From Ranitomeya imitator (taxonomy: Eukaryota), in the NCBI RefSeq assembly GCF_032444005.1, contig NC_091282.1:143592001-143656000 (forward strand): 64,000 bases of DNA, in the 5' to 3' direction. The notes under the pieces were generated by a model. That model was not told the origin of the DNA and searched no databases. It saw nothing but the letters and a program-made list of their open reading frames with translations. A program made the position numbers and the translations under genes. Below, piece after piece: positions 13,501 through 25,500 of the stretch. The first letter of the stretch is position 1, and every line of letters starts with the position of its first letter.

Positions 13501-16500
13501 GGATGAAGATGGCACACCTAAGAATGAAGCAATACCAGCAAGCAAAAAAGAAAAGGGCACACAGCAACAAGTGACAGCAAAAAGTACAGCCAAGAAGCAA
13601 CGAAGAGTGGTGGTGGTGGGAGACTCACTACTGAGAGGCACCGAAGCAGCCATCTGCAGACCGGACATAACTGCAAGAGAAGTATGCTGCCTTCCAGGTG
13701 CGATGATCAAGGATGTGACCGATAGGATACCAAAGCTCTTCAGCTCCAAGGACGTCCACCCATTTCTTCTGATACATGTTGGCACCAATGACACGGCAAG
13801 GAAGGACCTACCGACAATCTGCAAGGACTTTGAAGAGTTGGGGAAGAAAGTAAAGGAACTGGATGCACAGGTAGTTTTTTCTTCTATCCTTCCAGTAGAC
13901 GGGCATGGCACCAGGAGATGGAACAGGATCCTTGATGCAAACAACTGGCTAAGACGATGGTGCAGACAACAAGGATTTGGATTCCTGGACCACGGTGTGA
14001 ATTACTGGTATGATGGACTCCTCGCCAGAGACGGACTACACCTCAACAAACCTGGGAAACACACATTCGCCAGAAGACTCGCTACACTCATCAGGAGGGC
14101 GTTAAACTAGAAGAAGAGGGGACGGGAAGAAAAACATTAGACTCGAACAAAGACGACCCAGGAAAACATACTCAGAAGGGAGGTAAGAACATTTCTAAAA
14201 CAATCCACAGTGAGGAGATTGGAACAAAACAAAATCCTCTAAACTGCATGCTCGCAAACGCCAGAAGCCTGACAAACAAGATGGAAGAACTAGAAGCAGA
14301 AATATCTACAGGTAACTTTGACATAGTGGGAATAACCGAGACATGGTTAGATGAAAGCTATGACTGGGCAGTTAACTTACAGGGTTACAGTCTGTTTAGA
14401 AAGGATCGTAAAAATCGGAGAGGAGGAGGGGTTTGTCTCTATGTAAAGTCTTGTCTAAAGTCCACTTTGAGGGAGGATATTAGCGAAGGGAATGAGGATG
14501 TCGAGTCCATATGGGTTGAAATTCATGGAGGGAAAAATGGTAACAAAATTCTCATTGGGGTCTGTTACAAACCCCCAAATATAACAGAAACCATGGAAAG
14601 TCTACTTCTAAAGCAGATAGATGAAGCTGCAACCCATAATGAGGTCCTGGTTATGGGGGACTTTAACTACCCGGATATTAACTGGGAAACAGAAACCTGT
14701 GAAACCCATAAAGGCAACAGGTTTCTGCTAATAACCAAGAAAAATTATCTTTCACAATTGGTGCAGAATCCAACCAGAGGAGCAGCACTTTTAGACCTAA
14801 TACTATCTAATAGACCTGACAGAATAACAAATCTGCAGGTGGTTGGGCATTTAGGAAATAGCGACCACAATATTGTGCAGTTTCACCTGTCTTTCACTAG
14901 GGGGACTTGTCAGGGAGTCACAAAAACATTGAACTTTAGGAAGGCAAAGTTTGAACAGCTTAGAGATGCCCTTAATCTGGTAGACTGGGACAATATCCTC
15001 AGAAATGAGAATACAGATAATAAATGGGAAATGTTTAAGAACATCCTAAATAGGCAGTGTAAGCGGTTTATACCTTGTGGGAATAAAAGGACTAGAAATA
15101 GGAAAAACCCAATGTGGCTAAACAAAGAAGTAAGACAGGCAATTAACAGTAAAAAGAAAGCATTTGCACTACTAAAGCAGGATGGCACCATTGAAGCTCT
15201 AAAAAACTATAGGGAGAAAAATACTTTATCTAAAAAACTAATTAAAGCTGCCAAAAAGGAAACAGAGAAGCACATTGCTAAGGAGAGTAAAACTAATCCC
15301 AAACTGTTCTTCAACTATATCAATAGTAAAAGAATAAAAACTGAAAATGTAGGCCCCTTAAAAAATAGTGAGGAAAGAATGGTTGTAGATGACGAGGAAA
15401 AAGCTAACATATTAAACACCTTCTTCTCCACGGTATTCACGGTGGAAAATGAAATGCTAGGTGAAATCCCAAGAAACAATGAAAACCCTATATTAAGGGT
15501 CACCAATCTAACCCAAGAAGAGGTGCGAAACCGGCTAAATAAGATTAAAATAGATAAATCTCCGGGTCCGGATGGCATACACCCACGAGTACTAAGAGAA
15601 CTAAGTAATGTAATAGATAAACCATTATTTCTTATTTTTAGTGACTCTATAGCAACAGGGTCTGTTCCGCAGGACTGGCGCATAGCAAATGTGGTGCCAA
15701 TATTCAAAAAGGGCTCTAAAAGTGAACCTGGAAATTATAGGCCAGTAAGTCTAACCTCTATTGTTGGTAAAATATTTGAAGGGTTTCTGAGGGATGTTAT
15801 TCTGGATTATCTCAATGAGAATAACTGTTTAACTCCATATCAGCATGGGTTTATGAGAAATCGCTCCTGTCAAACCAATCTAATCAGTTTTTATGAAGAG
15901 GTAAGCTATAGACTGGACCACGGTGAGTCATTGGACGTGGTATATCTCGATTTTTCCAAAGCGTTTGATACCGTGCCGCACAAGAGGTTGGTACACAAAA
16001 TGAGAATGCTTGGTCTGGGGGAAAATGTGTGTAAATGGGTTAGTAACTGGCTTAGTGATAGAAAGCAGAGGGTGGTTATAAATGGTATAGTCTCTAACTG
16101 GGTCGAAGTGACCAGTGGGGTACCGCAGGGGTCAGTATTGGGACCTGTTCTCTTCAACATATTCATTAATGATCTGGTAGAAGGTTTACACAGTAAAATA
16201 TCGATATTTGCAGATGATACAAAACTATGTAAAGCAGTTAATACAAGAGAAGATAGTATTCTGCTACAGATGGATCTGGATAAGTTGGAAACTTGGGCTG
16301 AAAGGTGGCAGATGAGGTTTAACAATGATAAATGTAAGGTTATACACATGGGAAGAGGGAATCAATATCACCATTACACACTGAACGGGAAACCACTGGG
16401 TAAATCTGACAGGGAGAAGGACTTGGGGATCCTAGTTAATGATAAACTTACCTGGAGCAGCCAGTGCCAGGCAGCAGCTGCCAAGGCAAACAGGATCATG

Positions 16501-19500
16501 GGGTGCATTAAAAGAGGTCTGGATACACATGATGAGAGCATTATACTGCCTCTGTACAAATCCCTAGTTAGACCGCACATGGAGTACTGTGTCCAGTTTT
16601 GGGCACCGGTGCTCAGGAAGGATATAATGGAACTAGAGAGAGTACAAAGGAGGGCAACAAAATTAATAAAGGGGATGAGAGAACTACAATACCCAGATAG
16701 ATTAGCGAAATTAGGATTATTTAGTCTAGAAAAAAGACGACTGAGGGGCGATCTAATAACCATGTATAAGTATATAAGGGGACAATACAAATATCTCGCT
16801 GAGGATCTGTTTATACCAAGGAAGGTGACGGGCACAAGGGGGCATTCTTTGCGTCTGGAGGAGAGAAGGTTTTTCCACCAACATAGAAGAGGATTCTTTA
16901 CTGTTAGGGCAGTGAGAATCTGGAATTGCTTGCCTGAGGAGGTGGTGATGGCGAACTCAGTCGAGGGGTTCAAGAGAGGCCTGGATGTCTTCCTGGAGCA
17001 GAACAATATTGTATCATACAATTATTAGGTTCTGTAGAAGGACGTAGATCTGGGTATTTATTATGATGGAATATAGGCTGAACTGGATGGACAAATGTCT
17101 TTTTTCGGCCTTACTAACTATGTTACTATGTTACTATGTCTCTGCACCCTCCCTCACCGCTCCCTCCTTATGTCGTAGCCGGTCTTGTTCCTAGCTGGAA
17201 ATGTTGAGCCATGGTCAATAAAGGACTATTATATCATTGAAGATTACCGGTGAGTGCTGCTTTCATTCATTCCTTCATTTACCGGTGATTCAGCTGCTCC
17301 TAGTGCATGCACCTCCCCGTCTTCAGAAGAAGCTTGTTCCGTCTGGTCTCCAAGGAGAATATCGTCGGGGTCTAAGTTAGGGAGAGCTCGTTCAGTGCCG
17401 GTCGACTGACCTCTTGTGACTGTGTTAAAAATGAGACCGACTACAGAGTTGCTATCCTACAGGGACATATGAGAAGGGAAGGGTTAAACATTTTAATTTG
17501 AGCAGGTTAAGAAATGAAAGAAGAATAGGTTAGTTTGTCTAGATCAGTGTTTCCCAAACCCGTCCTCGGGGCCCCCAACTTGTCATGTTTTCAGGATTTC
17601 CTTAGTATTGCCCAGGTGGGAGAACCTGAGGCAACTTCTGATGCCTTAATAATTCCATCACCTGCACAATGATAAGGAAATCCTGAAAACATGATGTATT
17701 GGGGGGCAGTGAGGATGGGTTTGGGAAGCACTGGTCTAGACAAATATCACCTGTGGTTAGCTGGTAAAACCAGTAACAATACACAGGACTAACAGAGCGA
17801 TTGTGGCTCAGCAATGCTCCGATATAAAAGTGTGAACACCAAGCATTCTCATACATTGGTTCTTGGCTTTATAAGTGTCTGAATGCTATGCGGCATCAGA
17901 ATGTGAAATATTCATGTAGAGAGACTGTGATATGTGCCCATTAGATTTTAAAGGGTTAGAGAGTGCTGGTGAAAAAAAAGTTTGCAGCCTTCTTTGAGCT
18001 ATTGACCCGTTTCTTTTGTAACACATTATCTAGGAGACCGACCACCACTGGACGAATATGTGCAGTGCTTACAAGTTCTTTTCTCTTGGGTTTGATTGTC
18101 CCGTTGGCTCCTATTCTGGTCAGATTGCACGCAGTGTTCATAAGTTAGGCCTCTTTCACACTTCCGTCTGCTGTCGAACGTCGTAATGCGTTGTTGTGAT
18201 GTATCGACGGACGTCGTGAAAAACATGGGCAACACATCCATTATTTTGACTGATGCTTTGTTTGTGTTGTTGCCTGAATTTCAATGTAGAAATTTCGAGA
18301 GAGAGAGAAATATATCCTTCCGGGCTTGCTCAGAGTGAAAAAACGGGATGCGTCGCTGGATTCCAGTGTTTTACGGTCAGCGACGGATCCTGCGTCCATA
18401 GGCCTCCATTGTAGCCAGCGCAGGACCCGTCGCTGAGCGATTTTCCGACGTGCAGAGAAAATGTTCCTCTGAACGTTTCCTCTGCCAGACGGACCGATAT
18501 TTTCCGACGGATCCGGATCCAGTGCATGACGGATGAAACAGATGGCCATCCGTCGCTAATACAAGTCCAAGGGAAAAAACAGGATCCTGCAAAAAAATTT
18601 GCAGGATCCTGTTTTTTCAAAACTCAACGGATTTTAACGGGAGGAAAAAGACGGAAGTGTGAAAGAGGCCTTAGGGTATGTTCACACGTTCAGGATTTCC
18701 ATCCTTTTTTTTTCAGGACAGTTTTTTTAAAAAACTGCAGCTCTTGGCAGAAAACGCAGGTCCTTTTTTTGGTCCTTTTTTTGTCCTTTTTTGATGCGTT
18801 TTTTGATGCGTTTTTTTTATCCTTTTTTTTATGCAGTTTTCTATGCAGAGACTGTGTGTTTCCTAGGAAGCTTTTTAGGGCTAANNNNNNNNNNNNNNNN
18901 NNNNNNNNNNNNNNNNNNNNNNNNNNNNNNNNNNNNNNNNNNNNNNNNNNNNNNNNNNNNNNNNNNNNNNNNNNNNNNNNNNNNNNNNNNNNNNNNNNNN
19001 NNNNNNNNNNNNNNNNNNNNNNNNNNNNNNNNNNNNNNNNNNNNNNNNNNNNNNNNNNNNNNNNNNNNNNNNNNNNNNNNNNNNNNNNNNNNNNNNNNNN
19101 NNNNNNNNNNNNNNNNNNNNNNNNNNNNNNNNNNNNNNNNNNNNNNNNNNNNNNNNNNNNNNCCAATGGGGGTGACAAAGTGGGGGGGGGGTGTCATTTA
19201 CTATTTTTTTTATTTTGATCACTGAGATAGGTTATATCTCAGTGATCAAAATGCACTTTGGAGCGAATCTGCCGGCCGGCAGATTCGGCGGGCGCACTGC
19301 GCATGCGCCCGCCATTTTGCAAGATGGCGGCGCCCAGGGAGAAGACGGCTGGACGGACACCGGGACGCCGGGTAAGTATAAGGGGGGGAGATTAGGGCAC
19401 GGGGGGGGCATCGGAGCACTGGGGGGGGGGGGCATCGGAGCAGGGGGGGGGCATCGGAGCACGGGGGGGCGGGATCGGAGCACGGGGGGGCAGCCACACT

Positions 19501-22500
19501 CCGCCCACGCACTTCCGCCCGCTCCCCCGCACTTCCTGCTGCAGCGGTTCTGCACATCAAATCGCAGTAAAACCCGCAGATATATTTTTGATCTGCGGGT
19601 TTTACTGCGATTTTGACCTCACAATGGAGGTCTATGGGTGCAGAACCGCTGCGGTTCAGGAAAAAGAAGTGACATGCTCCTTCTTTTTTGCCGCAGCTAT
19701 TCTGCGCGGCTTTTTAAACGAAATTACGGATCATGTGCACAGCAGTGACTGTTTTCCATAGGGTTACATTGTTATGTACCCTGCATGGAAAACAGCTGCG
19801 GAACCGCAGCGGCAAAACCGCTGCGGTTCCGCAGTAAAAAACGCACTGTGTGAACATGGCCTTAGACTGCAGCATTGGTCGGTCTCCTAGACAACAATCT
19901 GTAAACAAGTGTTACCATTTCAATAAAAGCTGGACTATATTATTTTTTTTTATTGTGGGCCTAAGCACGAACTGGAAAGTAGTTGCTAACTGCCTTGCCT
20001 GTTCTGCTCAGCACCAATCTCTGCCGGCACAGAGCCGTCACTGACCGCTCCTGCCAGCGATTCTGCGGCAGCTCTTCTGCTCTGCTCCGCTGACGGGGTG
20101 TGACTGCCGATGTCATTCTGATTGATTCATAACTGTGGGAAGACAGCTGTCAAGCAGCATGCCCAATCTGTTGAAAGTCGCTGCCAAGCAGTGTGTTTTT
20201 TTTTCTCCTCAGACTTCTATGGGGAGGGTGAAGTAACACTTGTAAAATAAAAAAGTCTGCTTTGAGGGTCAGAATTCCAATGTTTCTTCGCTAAAAATGC
20301 ATAAAAAACCTCTTCAGGTCTGCACCAAAAATGCATCAGAAAAGGAGTACGGTAATCACAAAGCGAAAGCATCAAACGCGCAATGATTGGAGTAGACGAC
20401 TGCTATTCTGCATTTATGTGCAGACTCCTGCAGAAAAAGCAGCTGAACGAGGGAACACGGCATACTAGAGATTTTCTGCTTATTATGTGAACGTTTGCTG
20501 TAATGTTTTACTGGCTTTTTCATTTATTCTGAACCTGAACTAATTGCACTTTTTGATATTTCAGTCGGACAAATCAGCAGCTTCTTGGTGAGGCCATCGG
20601 ACAATACTCCTGGAGATTATTCGTTATATTTCCGCACAAATGAAAATATCCAGCGATTTAAGATCTGCCCAACACCGAACAATCAGTTTATGATGGGAGG
20701 TCGGTACTATTACAGGTAACAGATTTTCATGTTGGTTTTTGAGGTGCAAACTTTGTAATGTAATCGAAACAAACGGATTTACACGGTAAGCGGTTGTAAT
20801 ACGTGGCCAAACATCTTTGGGTTACATAGTATCATGGGTGTTCGACAAAGGAAGAAAAAAAGAGAAGCTGAATGGTGTGTGATGCACGCAGTGTCGGCCA
20901 TCCACAAAATCCAAATCGCAGCTTTTATTGGCGCACACTGTAAACAGATTTGGTTACAAATTCCTGAAAATATGTAAGCATGACCATGCGACGGATCACG
21001 ATGGTCCCTGCTGTGTCCTTTCATCTTGACGCATGATCTCACCAATCGCATGACAAGCTCTTCTTGGGCGTATGGGTGCTGTAAACGCACTGTGATGGTC
21101 GGCCCGTGTGTTATATGGCATGTATGGCTTGCCCAGGATGGGTAATTGCTGGAGAAAATGTTTAATTATGGACATTGGATACTTATGTTTGGCTTTTCTT
21201 GTTTTAAACAGAATTGATGATATCCTAGAACACTACAGGAATGAGCAGATTGTGGAAGGCTATTTTCTTAAAGATCCCGTTCCTGTGCAGGTAAAGAGTA
21301 CCAAATATACATTTCACGCGTGACTAATTGGCAAACCACGCTCTAACATGAATGCACGCATTTTGAAGCCTGGCCATTATATTATACTATTGTACAGGTG
21401 GCAGCATCTAGAATATATGGTGGAGAATAGGATTCGCTTACAGTGCCTTGCGAAAATATTCGGCTCCCTGGAACTTTTCAACCTTTTCCCACATATCATG
21501 CTTCAAACATAAAGATACCAAATGTACATTTTTGGTGAAGACTCAACAACAAGTGGAACACAATTGTGAAGTTGAGCGAAATTTATTGGTTATTTTAAAT
21601 TTTTGTGGAAATTCAAAAACTGAAAAGTGGGGTGTGCAATATTATTCGGTCCCTTTAACTTAATACTTTGTTGCGCCACCTTTTTCTGCGATTACAGCTG
21701 CAAGTCGCTTGGAGTACGTCTCTATCCGTTTTGTACATCGAGAGACTGAAATTCTTTCCCATTCTTCCTTGCAAACAGCTCGAGCTCAGTGAGGTTTGAT
21801 GGAGATCGTTTGTGAACAGCAGTTTTCAACTCTTTCCACAGATTCTCGATTGGATTGAGGTCTGGACTTTGACTTGGCCATTCTAACACCTGGATACGTT
21901 TATTTGTGAACCATTCCATTGTAGATTTTGCTTTATGTTTGGGATCATTGTCTTGTTGGAAGACAAATCTCCGTCCCAGTCTCAGGTCTTTTGCAGACTG
22001 CAACAGGTTTTCTTCAAGAATGGTCCTGTAATTTGGCTCCATCCATCTTCCCATCAATTTTAACATGCTGAATAAAATCAGGCCCAAAAAATGATGCTGC
22101 CACCACCATGTTTGACAGTGGGGATGGTGTGTTCAGGGTGATGAGCTGTGTTGCCTTTACCCCAAACATATCGCTTGGCATTGTTGCCAAAAGGTTTGAT
22201 TTTGGTTTCATCTGACCAGAGCACCTTCTTCCACATATTTGGTGTGTCTCCCAGGTGGCTTGTTGCAAACTTTAAATGACACTTTTTATGGATATCTTTC
22301 AGAAATGGCTTTCTTCTTGCCACTCTTCCATAAAGGCCAGATTTGTGCAGTGTATGACGGATTGTTGTCCTATGGACAGACTGTCCCACCTCAGCTGTAG
22401 ATCTCTGCAGTTCATCCAGAGTGATCATGGACCTCTTGGCTGCATCTCTGATCAGTCCTCTCCTTGTTTGAGATGAAAGTTTAGAGGGACGGCCGGATCT

Positions 22501-25500
22501 TGGTGGATTTGCAGAGGTATGATACTCCTTCCATTTCAATGTGATCGCTTGCACAGTGCTCTTTGGGATGTTTAAAGTTTTGGAAATCATTTTGAATCCA
22601 AATCCGGCTTTAAACTTCTCCACAACAGTATCACGGACCTGTCTGTTGTGTTCCTTGGTCTTCATGATGCTCTCTGTGCTTCAAACAGAACCCTGAGACT
22701 ATCACAGAGCAGGTGCATTTATATGGAGACTTGATTACACACAGGTGGATTATATTTATAATCATTAGGCATTTAGGACAACATTGGATCATTCAGAGAT
22801 CCACAATGAACTTCTGGAGTGAGGTTGCTGCACTGAAAGTAAAGGGGCCGAATAATATTGCACGCCCCACTTTTCAGTTTTTGAATTTCCACAAAAATTT
22901 TAAATAACCAATAAATTTTGCTCAACCTCACAATTGTGTTCCACTTGTTGTTGATTCTTCACCAAAAATTTACATTTGGTATCTTTGTTTGAAGCATGAT
23001 ATGTGGGAAAAGGTTGAAAAGTTCCAGGGGGCCGAATACTTTCCACTATACAACCCTTATTGAGCAGAAACAAGCAATTTATAAGTTTATAGACCACTTT
23101 AAATAAATAGAATGCAGGAGAAGTTTAATATAGTTTGTAGTTTGTCTTTATTCACTTAAAGGGAACCTGTCAGCAGATTTCTTTCTCGCTTCATTGGGGG
23201 ACACAGGTAACCATGGATGTATGCTGCTGTCGCTAGGAGGCTGACACTATGCAAATAAAGAAGTAGTAGCTCCTCCCCGGCAGTATACACCTCCCGACAG
23301 GCACCAGGCAACTCAGTTTTTGCTTAGTGTCTGTAGGAGGCGGACCTGGATCTAACCCCAGATCCACTCTGGTTTTTTCTTTCAGGGTTTGTGTGTGTAT
23401 TAATCCTTTCCCTTTTTTATTTCAGATGCTTCTCTTGGGGTTACAGGGTGCAGTTCTCTCACCCTGATTCCCCACAGTAAGCGACCGAGAGAGCAGTGTG
23501 GTTTCACCCACATCGCACCCTCTCGGATCCGCTGGGCAGGACTTCGACTCATGTCACCCTGGGGTGTTCATGTCTCACTATCAGTGGCCAGTGCTTGCCC
23601 TTTTCCCCCCCTCATCCCTCTCCTCGGAGTGGGCTGAGAGGAAGATGGGGGTCTCTTCCAGTGACCTTCCCCCTCCTGTTTAGGGGTTGACGCCTTCTTC
23701 TGTGCCGGAGTTCATGGCGCGGGAAGGAGGACTTCATTCATAGGTAGGGGATCTTCAATCAACACGTGCAGAGCCCAGTCCCCCCCTCCCCATCGATCTC
23801 TCAGGAGGGCTCTCCTCTGCTTGCTATGTCTTTTAGTGGGCAGCTCAGATGGCGACACCTGTTAAACTTGCGCTGCTCCAGTCAGAGCCGATCTTGTCCT
23901 TTCGGCCACTAGCGCGGCAGGCATCTTTCGTTACCCCCCTCTTTCAAAATTCGCGCCCATTTTTCGGGCGCGCACGCGCCATTTTCTTTCTCCGGCACCT
24001 TTTTCGGCTCCTGGCTGGCCACACCCACCTGCGGCCTTGTCCTACCCTGCGTCCCCGCGGGCACGCCTTTGCCGGAGTCCAGCGCTCTCGGGGCGTCTTT
24101 TTTTTCTCTTGGGAGTCCCTCCCTCCCTTCTGCGCTTGGACACACCCACTTCCGGCGCGTTGTCCCGCGCTTACACAGGCCGACTTCTCCTCCTTCTGCG
24201 TCTCCATCGCATCGCGTGGGGCACGAGGATCCCTGGGGACACAGACTCCCGCGGCTGCCGCTGTTTTCGGTAGGCTTGCGCTATTGCTCTCTCGGGCTCT
24301 ACTCCTCCCTGCAGTATCGTCTCTGCGCCTGCTGCACAAGGTAATACCTCTACCTATGTCCAACTACGCACCAGGCTATACCATTACTGTCATCCACTAC
24401 GCCTGCGCTCACTGTAAGAAAAAGTGGGCTTCAGGTCAGCCTTCTCCTTTCTGCCCGTCCTGCGTTCTTCCCATCATGTCCGTCTCTCAGGAAGCTCCTA
24501 GGTCTCGGGATGAGTGCACCCCCCCCATCCCCCGGAGTGGGCTGTTGCAACGTATGTCAGTGTCGGACCTGACTAAGGTGTCTATCCCTGGTCCAGGCAC
24601 TTGAACGTATCCCGCTTCTGTCTAATGCCACCAGTGCCACGAACACCTCACACGGCGATTCGCTTGCACCCATCCAAGTCCCTCACAGAGGCACCACACC
24701 TGGATACCCCTATCTGCCCGTTCCCCCTCCTCGCAGGCGGACGTCGGGTCTGGCGTAACCTCAGTCGGAATCTGACTCGGAGGCAGATCAAACTTCTTGA
24801 CCACTGGATATGGTCGATAGCCTTATTTCGGCTATTATTCAGACGCTTGAACTTAAGGAGGATGAGGCAAGCTCTCAGGACGTCTCCGTTGCGTTTAAAC
24901 GGATTAAACGTCCCTCTAGAGTTTTTCCCAATCACAGGGAGTTCGACAACACTACGTCTACACACTGGGAAAACCCTGGTAAACGTTTCCCTGGCAGGAA
25001 ACGGATGGACAATTTATACCCTTTTCACTCCGACCTTGTCAGCAAATTGTCCGAGTCTCCTAAGGTATGATCCGCCTGTGTCTAGATTATCCTCACAGAC
25101 GCTTTCTTTATCGCCTCTCATTGGGGGACACAGGAACCATGGGTGTATGCTGCTGCCACTAGGAGGCTGACACTATGCAAATAAAAAAGTTAGCTCCTCC
25201 TCTGCAGTGTACACCCCACCGACTGGCATTATACTCTTCAGTTTTAGCTTGGTGTCAGTAGGAGGTGGACACGGGTCTTTCATTAGACCCTTATCTACCT
25301 CAATGTGCGTCGTTTCCTTTTCAGGTTTCCCGGAGGGATACAGGGTGAGCAGTCACACCTGTAGTCCCACAAGGTGGACTATGAGTACGGCGTGTACTGC
25401 CACCCCGTATCTTCATAGATCCCTCACCAGGACCAAGATCCTAGCACACAAGCGTGCTTAGAAGTCCGGTCCTGGCTCCGTCACTCGCCCACCAGAGCCT

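Larger units (their letters stand above)
13489..17138 (+). mobile_element. CR1-clade LINE, 5'-truncated
   Basis: Esterase-type ORF1 remnant plus APE-RT ORF2; 3' tail of (tatgttac)n ending at 17138; no clear TSD. Confidence 0.95.
13241..17424. mobile_element. Penelope-like retroelement remnant (inverted-arm palindrome plus tail), interrupted by CR1
   Basis: 15-bp direct repeat ttaaaaatgagaccg at 13226-13240 and 17425-17439; arm 13237-13426 is the reverse complement of 13450-13488 plus 17139-17286; hammerhead-like core in the loop. Family assignment is inferred from architecture. Confidence 0.6.

Noticed and set aside
14910-17021. Minus-strand ORFs up to 215 aa over the CR1
   Set aside because: They are antisense shadows of the CR1 ORF2 with no recognisable motifs.
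18526-19225. Long ORFs containing poly-X
   Set aside because: They are artefacts of the 278-N gap.
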